Below are positions 40,621-52,700 of a DNA stretch of 64,000 bases, piece by piece. The notes beneath the pieces are model-generated. The model saw only the letters and a program-made list of their open reading frames with translations. It searched no databases and had not been told where the DNA came from. Source of the stretch: Geosiphon pyriformis uo1 (taxonomy: Eukaryota > Fungi > Glomeromycota); NCBI GenBank assembly GCA_016748015.1, contig JAAOMT010000639.1:190689-254688 (forward strand), read 5' to 3'. The translations under genes and the position numbers were made by a program. The first letter of the stretch is position 1; the number at the start of each line of letters is the position of its first letter.

Positions 40621-43600
40621 TAGCAATTTAAACTCTGGAAATTATTCAAAAACCTAAACATTCGAAGTCCAATAAATTCCAAACTCTGCTATTATACAAG
40701 AAAACTCACCTTTAATAGCCCAATGAAACCTAATTTCTACAATACCAATAAATCAACAAAACTCATTTGATGGCCCTAAGTCAGAATATTAGAATGTAGT
40801 TACAATCTACTCTTATGTGTTATATATTTGAAAAAAAGCCAATCTGCAAAAACAAATGAAAATTGGAATCAGAACTTAATCCCAATTCAAACTCCACTAA
40901 TAATAATAATAATTTAAACTCCACTAAATAACAATAACAATTCAAACTCTGCCAACAACAAATTCAAACTCTGTTTTAAACACTAAACAATATATCATAC
41001 TTCTAGATCTTACAATAGAACAGGAATTAACTAAATTCAATAATAATAATAAAAATATTATGTCTGAACATATACATAATACAGATGCAAGATTTGAAAT
41101 TGGATATTTTGAACAGACTACTATAATTAAAAACCCTAGTCACATATAAAATTAGAAAAAAATAGCAATAGAAATTACAACAACAACATTGATACAAAAG
41201 AGAGATTTAGAAAATTTCACAGGAGCTTAATATTAAAGAAGAAAATAATATTACTCATAGAATATAGAAATTAAATATCAGTACATAGATTAATCAATCA
41301 AAATAGATGTAATAAAAGTGAAATTCCAGAATTCTTCTTAGAGAAATTGCAGGATTCCAAAATTACAGAATTTTCATGAGAAATTACAGAATTTCTGGTT
41401 AGAGAATTAAAAAATACAAGAAATTTCATATAATAAAATTTATGTATATATAATAGTAGTATCAGAAGTTAGAAAATTAGTCAAGAAAACTTCTAAAGTC
41501 AGTAGGATTCTTAGAGTCAATTAGACTTGCAAGTCATAATTATTAGAATTCCCAAGACCCCTCAGTTTAGATTGATCTAAACAACTTTTTTATTCACAAA
41601 TATCAATAAATAATTATTTACTATCTTAATCCATTCTCCACTATTAATACTTCATATTGATAGTAACTGATACTTAACTATACTGGAACAATAGCTCTTA
41701 ATCACGGCTATTGACAGGATACTAATATCTATTGCTTTGGCTTATTTTTTTATTTTTTTTTATTTTCAGTTGTTATTTTTTTTTTACTAATTAATTAAGG
41801 ATTAAAAAAAACACTGAGTTACAGATGTTATAGGGACTGGTAAAAAACTTGTAAAACAAAAATAGAGAACTCATAAATTTGAAGATAGCTTACCAGGAGG
41901 ATTACTGGCTATCATGCTAAAAAAAAAATTTGATGAAATTGCAATTCCGGGAGACTACTAAAACAACAATTAAATTTCTGTTTATTATATAAAAAACTCC
42001 ATGAAAAGCCTTCAAATATAAACAATTTACAGATATTACCAATGTCAACAAGCACTTTAGCACCAAGTTACGAATTTATTATTTGATTTAAAACCCCAAA
42101 TAATTATTTGTAACAATAAGTGTATCTTAAATACATAATAATTCCTTCAATATTATCTTACTTAATAATAGTAAACTTTGTTAACAAGTAGTTAATACTA
42201 TTATAACTACTAAAATACTGCAAAAAATTTTGTTTGAATGTATTGAAAGTTTGGGGCTTATTGACTAAGTTTTAATATTACAAGTTAATAGTATTTTGGA
42301 AAAAATATAAAATAGTTTAAAGTATTCTAATATTGTTTTATTCATTGGTTACAATGACTTTTGTAATATTGTTTAGTTAGACTTAAATATTGTTTTTTTT
42401 ACTAATAAATTTTTCTAATTTAGTAATTAGTGTATATATTATTGGTACAAGTAGTTGTAATTGTGATTGTAGTTATTAAAAAACGGTTATTAATACAACT
42501 AAAAGATTAATCTGAATAACTAGAAATATATTTGGTTAAATAATAAAGACAAAGTGTGAATTGTTTAGGTTTTGCTAAGTTTAACTAATTAGAATTTTAT
42601 GTTCAAAATTATTTAAAATTAGGCTTTGGTTATTATTTTTCTGATTATTATTCTCTTCTTCTGATTTAGTATTTGCTTAATTACTAGTGGATTCGAAATT
42701 AGATTGAGGTGGCAGTAATTTAAGTTTTGATAATATTGTTAATTGTAATTTAAGTTTCTTAAAGTATTTGCTATATGTTTCTAATAATCATGATTTTTTC
42801 TGATTTTTTTGAAATAGGTCTTAAATTATAAATGTTTTTGTGATTGATGATAAAACAAATCTTGATGATATATTAATAGTATTTTCAAATATATAATAAT
42901 ATAATAAGTTTTGTGAAAAACTGGTGTATTGTAATAGCTTGTTATAGAAATTCCTAATGGCAATATTGCAATTTTCTTATCTTTTTAAATAGCATCTGAT
43001 TTTTTTGTTAATATAAAAATTGAAAACTAATTTCACTGGCCAATAATTACTTGTCAGTCCAAAATAAGTTTGGTAATATTGGAATAAGAATTTTATAAAT
43101 CCTAAGTAATTCTTTTTATAATTTTTTGGTTTGCCACTTTTTTTAAATGATTGTTAATAGTACTTGTTTTTTATTGAATTATACTTTACAAGAAACACCA
43201 AATGTTACAGATAATTATTTAAGATGTTAAAACAAATAACAAATCTATAATTTGTATTTAATAGTTAATAATGCTTTAAATAGTTTCTGAAAATTTTTGG
43301 ATTTGAAAATTTTGGTTAAGTTCTTTGTATAATAAACAGAGATTTACTTAATAGTTGTTTTTCTATATTTTTTTTTTTTAGTGTAAAGGCCAGTTTAATC
43401 TGGCAGTTGTATTCTTCTGGTAAATTATCTTTAAGTTTTTATATTTGTTTTACAGGTTTTTTACCAAACTATTCTTAATATTAATATCTTAATGCTTAAT
43501 TTTTTAATCAATTAATACATAATATAAAACAAAAAAAAATAAAAAAAATAAAAAATAAAATAAAAAATTAATATTTTATCAATAGTTATAATTAAAAGTT

Positions 43601-46150
43601 ATTGATCCAGTATAATTAAGTAGCAAATGCTATTAACATAAATTGTTAATTAAATTGAAGAATAATAATATTAATCTAATAAAAAAAATAACATAAATTA
43701 AATGATAAAATAATAATTTTATTTGATATTTAGATAATTTTACTTCAAAATATAGAAAACTATCTTTTAAAAAGAGAAGTATATTATAAATATTTATTAT
43801 TAACTAATTAAAAACTTGTTTGAATATAAATTAAGTGAATTGTTAAAATTAAATATAAAGAATTGAATAAAAATAGAATACTTTTTTTACTTCTAATACT
43901 ACTGCTATATATACATAATTTCTATTAAATGAGATTTTACATATTTTTATTTTTTTTTATACTACTTTTTAAAACTATGCTTATTTTTAAGCAATATGTC
44001 ATAATTTCTTAAAAATATGCTTATTTTTTTGTAAATATACATATTTTTGATAATATGTTGTGATTTTCTGAAAATGTGTTTATTTTTTGTAAATGTGCAT
44101 ATTTCTAAAAATATGTTCACATATTAAGTACTATTTTTTTATTGGTTTATTTTTATAATCTGTTTTTTTTGTTTTTTTCTGTATTCTTTTTTTATAAGTA
44201 ATATTATAATGTTTTTTTATTTTATGATGGCTATTTTCTAAAAATTTTTTTATTGTAAAAATATAAATCTAATTAATTTATTGTTTAACTATAGACTGCA
44301 ACAAATAGAATTTTTTTTTGGGTTTAATTATTAATTAGAATAATATATTGGCAGAATTTGTTACATGTTTTTTTTGTTAGAGACATTATTTTATAGTTTT
44401 TTATTTGACAAGATTTTGCTATATACAAAACATAATATGTTGTTCTATTTGTCTTATTATTTTGGTTGCTTAAATTGTTTTAATACACAAAAATAGTAAT
44501 AGTATCTAATAGCAATTGGCCATATTTATTATCTCCAACACATATATTTATTGAGAATAATTTTTTTTTTACAATTAACACAGATTAATTTTAGAGATTA
44601 ATATAATTAATTTCTTTAATTTAAAATTAAATAAATTAATGTTAATATTTGAAGTTTTTTGTTAGTTTTTTCTTTGTTTTTTTTCTTATGTAAGAAATAA
44701 TGGTAATTTTATTCTGAAATTATCAGTCCAAAAAACTTAATAAGTTTTTAAATTTAATTAAAAATTATTCTAGAACTGTTGTTTTAAAATATTTATACAT
44801 AACAAATACTCTAATATGTTGTTTATTAAAGATAATTTGAAATTTTTGTATGTTTCAGTCAAGCATAATATGAATTTTAGTTAATCAATTATTTTCTATA
44901 AGAGCTTAATATTAAGTGAATTTTATAATAAGTACTTTAGTTGAAATTTTAATTCTGTTAATTTTAAAAAAAAAATTGTTTTCTCTTAATATTTTGGTAT
45001 TTCTATCTATAGTAATTATTTTAGTAGTGGCTGTATAATTTATTTAGTAATCTAATTAATTTATAAGTTGTTTTATAATTATGTTGTTTATTAATCTACT
45101 GTTAAATATTAATTTAATATTTGTTTATCCTATTTTGGTATTAGTATATATTGTTATAATCAGTTTGTTCTGATTAATAACAGTTTTATTAAAGAGATTA
45201 AAAGTGTTTAGATTGTTAATATTAAATAAAAATATAACAATAAATGTGTTATTTTTAATAATTACAGCTGGAAAAATTATATTAAAAATAGCTTAATTGT
45301 TATTAAAAAAAAATTGGTGATTTTAACTACAGTTTTCTTTTTTAAAAATATAGTATTACTATAATTCAGAATTTTTATAAAACCAAAATATAAGACTTGA
45401 TTTGAATATTTTGTTAAAATTGCTTGGAATAATAGATTATTATAATTTATAGTTCATGATAATATTGTAATAAATTGAGTTTGATTTTTATTATTGCTTT
45501 ATTATTTTTAATTATAATTAATAGTCTAAAGTCTTGGATTGTTATATTGTAAAACTTAATACTAAAGGTGAGTATTAGAATTGTTAATATAAAAATAAAA
45601 AGTATTAGAATTTTGTAAATAGTGAATATTTATATTGTTATTAATATTGGTTTTTATAATTCTGATTTAATAGTTTCTTGTGACAATTTTTTACAATATA
45701 ATCAGATTTTTAATAATAATAACAATTACAAAGATTTTGTTTTTAAAATTGTTATTATTAGTATTTATTAATATTTTCTCTGTATTGGAATAACTGATAA
45801 GTTCCTGAATTTTTAGCAAAAAATTTTTCAATTTTTTACTTAATTAAGTAAGCTTTATATTAATATCTGAAATTTTGTTTATAATTAGTTTTTTGTTTTA
45901 CTAATTTAAAATTACAAACAAGTATTACTGTTTTTTGTAAGTTACTAAGATGTTAAAATTTAATAGATTAAAAGATACTGCTTTTTAGTTCTTTGATAAA
46001 TTGGTTAAAAATTTAACTAAAAGTGTAATAATATCTTTTAATTATCTAAATTTAGCAAAAAATTTGATTAAATTTTCTAAAATAAATAGTTATAGCTTTG
46101 TAATCTTTCTGTTTTATTATATTAAATTGATTTTGTAATTTGATAAGTGT

Positions 46151-46985
46151 TATTACTTATACAAAATAGAAATAATAATAATTAAATAAAGTAAATAAAA
46201 AATAAATATAGTAAAAAGAGAAATTCTAAAATTTTTTTTAGGATTTCTAAATTCCAGAAATTTATTTAACAAGAATTACAAGATTGCAGAATTTCAAAAA
46301 AACTTACAAAAAATTGAAGAATTTCAAAAAATCTTATATAATAAGAATTATGTATATATAGCAATAAAATTAAAAGTGAAAAAAAACAGACTAGTTTTTA
46401 AAAATAAGTAGTTATATACAAGTTTTTCCTAATTTTTTCTTTAAAAATTAGTTTTTATTACTTGAAATAAAATTTTATTTATATTAAACATTATTTACTA
46501 TAAAATTTATGTTATTATTATCATTGATTTGAAATATTTATTACTTTTACTTCATTAACAACTTATGCTAATAATTGTTAATATTTAATTATATTAAAAC
46601 AATAATTTTTGATCATGACTATTAATAGAATTTTAATTTTTTATTTTAATTTTTTATTTTTTTGTTATTTTTTTTCTTTTGTTTTCTTTGTTGTTTACTA
46701 TTAATTAAAAAATTAAGTGTTAAAATATTGATATTAAGAATAGTTTAGTAAAAAATTTGTGAAACAAGGATAACAAACTTAAAAAAAAGAATAATTTATT
46801 AAAAAAACACAACTGCCAAATTAAACTAATTTTTATGTTAAAGAAAAAAATTCAAGAAAAAACCACTAATAGAATCTTTGTTTATTATACAAAAACTCAA
46901 TTAAAATTTTCAATCAGAAGCCTTTTAGAATTTATTAATATAATTAGCTATTAAGCACTAAGTTACAAGTTTGTTATTTATAATA
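46151..46985 (+). mobile_element. Solo LTR inserted in gag of D (ancestral TSD GCGT, now GTGT/GCAT)
   Basis: TATTAC...ATAATA ends and shared LTR core. The D Gag frame (FL*YFCNFNM|LIKLQNQF) rejoins across it. Confidence 0.8.
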
Positions 46986-48380
46986 GCATATTGAAATTAC
47001 AAAAGTACTATAAAAAAACAAATCTAAAAGTGGTAAAATTAATTAGTTTTTTATTAAAACCTTGATACTATAAGTCTATAGTTTCAGTTAAAAAAAAAAT
47101 AGGACTTAAATTGTTCTGGTCTTGTTCTAATTATTAACTGTAATTGTTTTTTTGACTTTTGTAATCTATATATATGTGTTTTTTTTTACTGAAAAATTTT
47201 TTTAGTCTAATAATATTTCTGTATGCTATAACCTAAGTAATAAGAATTTGTTTAATTATTAATAAAAAAGATACTAAAAAAAATATGTTCAATTGCTTTG
47301 TTAAACTTAAAGCTGATTGTTTTTTTTTGTTAATTGCTATAATAAATTGAAATAATAATATTCTTTTTAAAAAAGTAGTTCTTAATTTGGTTAATAGTCA
47401 TAATAAAAGTTGTGTTTAAAAAGAAGTATTTTCGACTATTGGTTGCTAAGATAAGACTTTTAAACAAGAATTTGTATTTTCTTAAAAATTTAGTTCAAAA
47501 ATTTCAGTTAAAGTCTTAAAAATAAAAATTCCCAAAAGTTTTCAAAGTTTTTGATTATAATTTAGTAAGTTGATTAAGTAAAATTCTGTTTTTTAGAGTT
47601 TAATAATATAAAAAAATTATTAATAAGAGAAATCTTGACTTTTATTAACTGTAAGTAAATTTTTTTTTGTGTGATTTGTATATTATTATTGGAGTTAAAC
47701 TTAAATTCTTTGAAGTTAGATTTTAATATTTGTTTTCTTTTTAAATAAGAGTACTACTTTTGGATATATAATTTAATTTCTTTGTTAATTAAGAAAAAAG
47801 TTTTAGTTATACTTTTTTTGGTAATTAAAGTTAAATATATTAATAATTATTAGTAAATTTGTTTTTCAAGTTTTCTGTATCTATTATTTAGCTTAATAGA
47901 TAGTTAATTTTAATATATATATAATAAATAAAATTGCTTTTGGTAATAATAGTTTTTGTTAATATTTTAAAGTCTTCTCTAAAGTAATAATATAATATTT
48001 TTTCAAATAACAAGTAAGCTTTTTTTATAGTTTTAATAGTTACTATTTTTGTAAATTTCTAAAGTATTTTGTCTTTATAAATTTTATAATTTTACAAAAA
48101 GCACTAAATATTATAAATAAACTTAGTAGAGTATTATAATAATATTTGGTGCTCTAAATTTAAGTAAAAAAGCTGTGGTGTTTCTTTTAAATATATAAAA
48201 AACATGTTAAATTTATTAGTCTTTAAAGATTTTTGCTATATGTAAATTTACTTATAAAGTTTCTTTCTTTTACCAAACTATTACAAAGTTTATTTTTAGA
48301 CAGATAATTTCTAATGTTGTTGTTCCACAAGAAAAAATCCAAAAAAAATCAAAAAAAAAAAACAAGCCAAATTTTTGTAA

Positions 48381-49530
48381 TATTTACTGGTTAAAATAAA
48401 AACATATTGTTAATTTAGTTAAAAATAAGAAAATATTAGTTAAGTAGATGAAAATAAAAGATTATTTAGATAATATAAACAATAACCAAAGAAATATATT
48501 TGCTAATATTGTTACTTATTTATATCTGTTTTTTGTATATTATATTTAAAAAAAAATTGTATTAGTTAATAATTAAACAGTATCAAATAATGTCTATTAT
48601 TTTGTGCATAATTTTTATAAATTAATTAGTTATGCCAAATAAAAAACAGATTCTAGTTTAGGAATTATAGCAGATTTATTTATTTACTATATTAATTGGC
48701 TATATACAATATTAGTTTAATATTTAGATACTTATATATATATTAAATTTACTAGCAGAGTGTTTTCAAATCTGCACACATATTTTATAAAAACTATTTA
48801 TAAAAAATTACCAGTTGCTATTAAGAAAAAACTTTATAACAAATATTACTTTAGTATTTTGTATTTAATATATAGTAAAGTAAAAGTCTCTAATCATGTT
48901 TTTATTTATTTAAATAATATTGGTTTACATAAAAATTTAGTGAAAAAAATGATTTCTTATTAAAAATTTTTAGTTAATATTAGTGTTTTTCTGGCATTAA
49001 TAATTGTTTAGAATATTTTGTTAAGTTTATTAAACATTAATAAATATAAAATTATTGATAAGAGTTTTGTCATAAAAAGTTAGTTTGAAAAAATAGTATT
49101 AATATTTAAAGATAAGAAAAAAACTGTTTTAGTGTTAGTAGAATTTGTTTACAAATATGTTAAGCATTAAAAAATAATAATATAAGCAATTAAATCTAAA
49201 TTCAGAGTAGATATAAAAAATAAAAACTTGGTAAGTAATATAGAAATAATTTTGAGACTATTATGTTTTATATTGTTTTAGTTGTTAGATAGTATTGTTT
49301 ATTTGCTTGGAATTAATAAGACATTTACAGTTGGTTTTGGTTTTTGTAAATTTTGTTTGTTTTTTTCTGGTTTAAATAGTAATATTGTGGTTCAAATAAG
49401 TATATAATATGGTCTTAATTGATCTAAGTAACTAATTATATATAAAAAGTATGTGAATTATATCTAGTTAAAAACTTTTAATTTGTTTCTTTATACTAAA
49501 TAATAATTAGAATACACTCATTAAATAATT
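48381..49530 (+). mobile_element. Degenerate 5'-truncated LINE 3' end
   Basis: Homologous to 2150-3310. ORF 48760 LHTYFIKTIYKKLPVAIKKKLYNK matches 2540-2700, and the 3' UTR is similar. Confidence 0.7.
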
Positions 49531-49735
49531 AAATTAAAAAATTAAAAACAAAACAAATGTAATTATCAATTTAAAAATCCAAGTTATTAATTTTAAAAAT
49601 AATACAATCAAAAAAAGTTTAATCTATTTAATTTTAAATATATATATAAAAATTTTAATACTGTTTTTTATTAAAATTAATTGACAAATAAAAATAGTTT
49701 TAAAAATTTTAAAAATTTAAAATACATAATAGTAT

Positions 49736-52700
49736 TATTATAGATTGAAATAATAAGCTAATAAATAACAAGAGAAAACATGATTATAAAATAATAGAAT
49801 GGATTAAAAAAAATTTAACTTTAAAGAACAAATTGAATAAATATAAATTTAATATATAAGATTAGTCTTATAAAATATCTTAGTTATTATTTTTTTAAAA
49901 GATAACTGAAAAATCTAAAAGTAGAAAAATAGTCTATAATGTTAACAAATAATAAAACATTAGTATAATTATATGCTTTATGTTAGTACTCTTAGAATTT
50001 TATATCAAATATTAGATGTATTTTTCAATTATGTTTTATTTAATAATTTTCAAATGCTATAATTATATAAATTAAAAAAAAGGTAAGTAAATGCCAACAA
50101 ATAATTTTTTATTTTAAGATATTCAGATATTGGAAGGTAAAAAAAAGAGAAATAAATAATATTAAAAAAATTAAAATAATAATTATTATTTTATTTATTC
50201 TTAATTATTAATATATATATTTTTATAGCTAAAAAACTTATTATTTATATAATTATTAAAAGTGATTAATAACTAGATTATTAATTAGATTAATAATTAG
50301 ATTATTGATTAAATCAATAATTAGATTAACAGTTAGATTAATAATTACTATCTAAAAATAAAATGGCTAATTATATAATATTAATAGCTAATACATATAA
50401 TAACTAATAAAAACTATAAATTTCAACTATAATATTATTTTCTCTAAAAAAATTGAGCTTCAATGAAATCAAGCTATTTCTAAAATATTCTAACTAAAAA
50501 ATTTTGGTTAATTCAAAATTAACTAGTTTGTTAAAGTTTTTTATAGATAAGATATATAATACTTGAAGTAAAATAAGTTTTGTATTTAAAAAACCAAATT
50601 TTTGTATAAGAGTTTTGGCTTTTTTAGCAATAGTTAAAACTCTAAAAATATTTAATTATATAATATCCAAAATTTTTATTTGTATTTCTGAAATTGTTTT
50701 CTTTATGAACTTTATGTTTTTTACGATTTTTTCAAAACAACCATATAATTTCAATTGTTTTTTATATAATAAGTTTTTGTTTATGGGCAAAATTTTTTGG
50801 ATTGTTTTTTTAATTGTAATAAAAGGTATAAGTATTATTGCTATTATGCTTTTTAACAAGTATTTATTCATTTTGCTATCAAATTTTTTTTTTGATAGTA
50901 GTTTTCTTTAGTCTAATAATAGTATATTCTACTATTATTAATTATAATAATCTGTTTTTTAATGTTTAAAGTAATATTTGAATAATTTTTAATTTAATAC
51001 TTATAAAAAATATAGAAAACATTTTAAATATTTTGATCCAGAAAATAATTGTTTATGTTAATTAAAAATAACTCTGTTTTAAAAATAATACATTTATTAA
51101 TATCTGATTTTTGTTGATTATTTGAGCTAGTATTATCACAACAAATAACCAATTAGATTATTTGTAATATTTTTAAGTTATGTCCCATAAACAAAACAAT
51201 TATTGAAGATTGTTTTATATTAATCTTATAAAATATAAAAACCATTATTTAAAACTTTATTAACTATAAAGAGTTTTTTTTACTGGCTAAAAAATTTATT
51301 ATCATAAATATTATTTCTGTTTAAGTGGTATTCTAAAACTAAGTTACTAATACTTAAGAAAAGTGTTTTATAGGTTTTTTTTCTTAAGCTTTTTTATCTT
51401 TTTAAAAGCAATTATTTATGTTTCTACTAATAAGTCAAAAATAATATTAAGTCTTTTTTGTAAAATGTTTTTGTAATTTTTTATTGTAATTTTTTTAAAT
51501 AGTATTGTTTTAATATTTGTTTTATTGGTAGAATTGCTATTTTATTTATAAAACAGATAAAAAGTTTATAACTTATTATGTTATAATTTATAGTTTTATA
51601 AACAAACAAAGCTAAAAGTAGTACTTTGTTTTATAAGTTTGTTTTTTTATTGGTTTTGGCTAAAATTTTATATACTGTTCTATTAAAATATTCTACTAAA
51701 TTATTTGTTTAGAGATAATAAAAAAAAAGTTTATAATATATTCTTATTTTTCTACAAAGTTTTTTAATTAATGTACTAAAAAAAATTTTTCTTTTATTAA
51801 ATAAAAGTTTTTTGAAACAACCATAGTAACAAATAATATCTTTATAAATAAAATTAGCTATAAAGACTGCTATTTGATCTGAAATAGCTTTTGTTTCTAT
51901 CTACTTTGTAAAATAATTGGTAACTGTAATAATATATTTATTATTATTAGAAATTATTATTAAAAGCTCAACAATATTTATACTAATTTTGTTAAATAGT
52001 TAACTAATAAAGATTGAATAAATATTTTTTTCGATTGGGCTTTCTTTTTTTTTGGCAGATATTACAAATTTTAATGTAATCAATAATGTTTTTTTCTAAG
52101 ATAGATTAATAATAACAAGTTAAAGTTTTTTGAATTGTTTTAGTCTTTTCAAAGTATTTAACTAATAGATCAATGTATATATTGTAAATTACAATTTTTT
52201 TTTCAAATTTAATGACTTTTTAGGAATGATTAAAATTTTTTTTATTTCTTTTATATAATTAGTTTTAACAGATTAAATAAAAATTTAATTGTTTTTACAA
52301 ATTTTTTTTTGTTGTTAAATATAATTCAATAAATATTGTTTTTTATCCAGAAATTTTATTAAAGCAGAATAGTTGTTCAAGTTCATTATTATATTTGTTT
52401 AAGAGGAAGTTATTAATAATTAAGTTGGTTTGATTTGAAAAAGTTATACTATTATTGAATGATAAGTCTAAAAAAAACATTAGCATTTTGATGATAAACT
52501 TCTTTGCAATATTGTATATTATAATTGAATTTATTCAGATAGAGTATTTAGTAAGTTATTTTTTTATGTTCTAGCTTTTTTTGTTATATAGCCAAACTAA
52601 AACTTGGTAATCTGTTATTACCAAAAACTTTATATTAAGAAGATACTTACTCTAGTAATTAGTAGATTATACTACTATTAAATATTTTTGTTCTATAATA

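Larger units (their letters stand above)
28923..42115 (+). mobile_element. Non-autonomous Gypsy derivative B; 5' LTR 28923-29840, 3' LTR 41249-42115, TSD ATAA, about 1.4 kb internal region
   Basis: ATAA at 28919-28922 and 42116-42119, and the Gag frame of C resumes on both sides. The internal part holds the PBS, a Gag N-terminal fragment, a tandem array, a dUTPase 5' remnant (~41060-41190) and a PPT at ~41232-41248. Confidence 0.85.
20119..44203 (-). mobile_element. Gypsy element C, full-length but pseudogenised; 3' LTR 20119-21111, 5' LTR 43203-44203, TSD TTAT
   Basis: Two ~1-kb direct repeats with TGTTAC/GTAATA ends. TTAT at 20115-20118 and 44204-44207. PBS 43183-43202, PPT 21112-21130. 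dUTPase remnant in ORF 26170-26397; RT, RH and IN motifs at 21950-24450. Confidence 0.9.
14439..48380 (-). mobile_element. Gypsy element D (outermost host): 3' LTR 14439-15406, ORF3-IN-RH-RT-dUTPase 15420-20114, PR/Gag 44204-46146 and 46986-48080, PBS ~48090-48108, truncated 5' LTR 48109-~48380
   Basis: PPT at 15407-15422. 48109-48380 matches 14439-14830. Domains are collinear with A, and the frame continues across both nested insertions. Confidence 0.8.
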
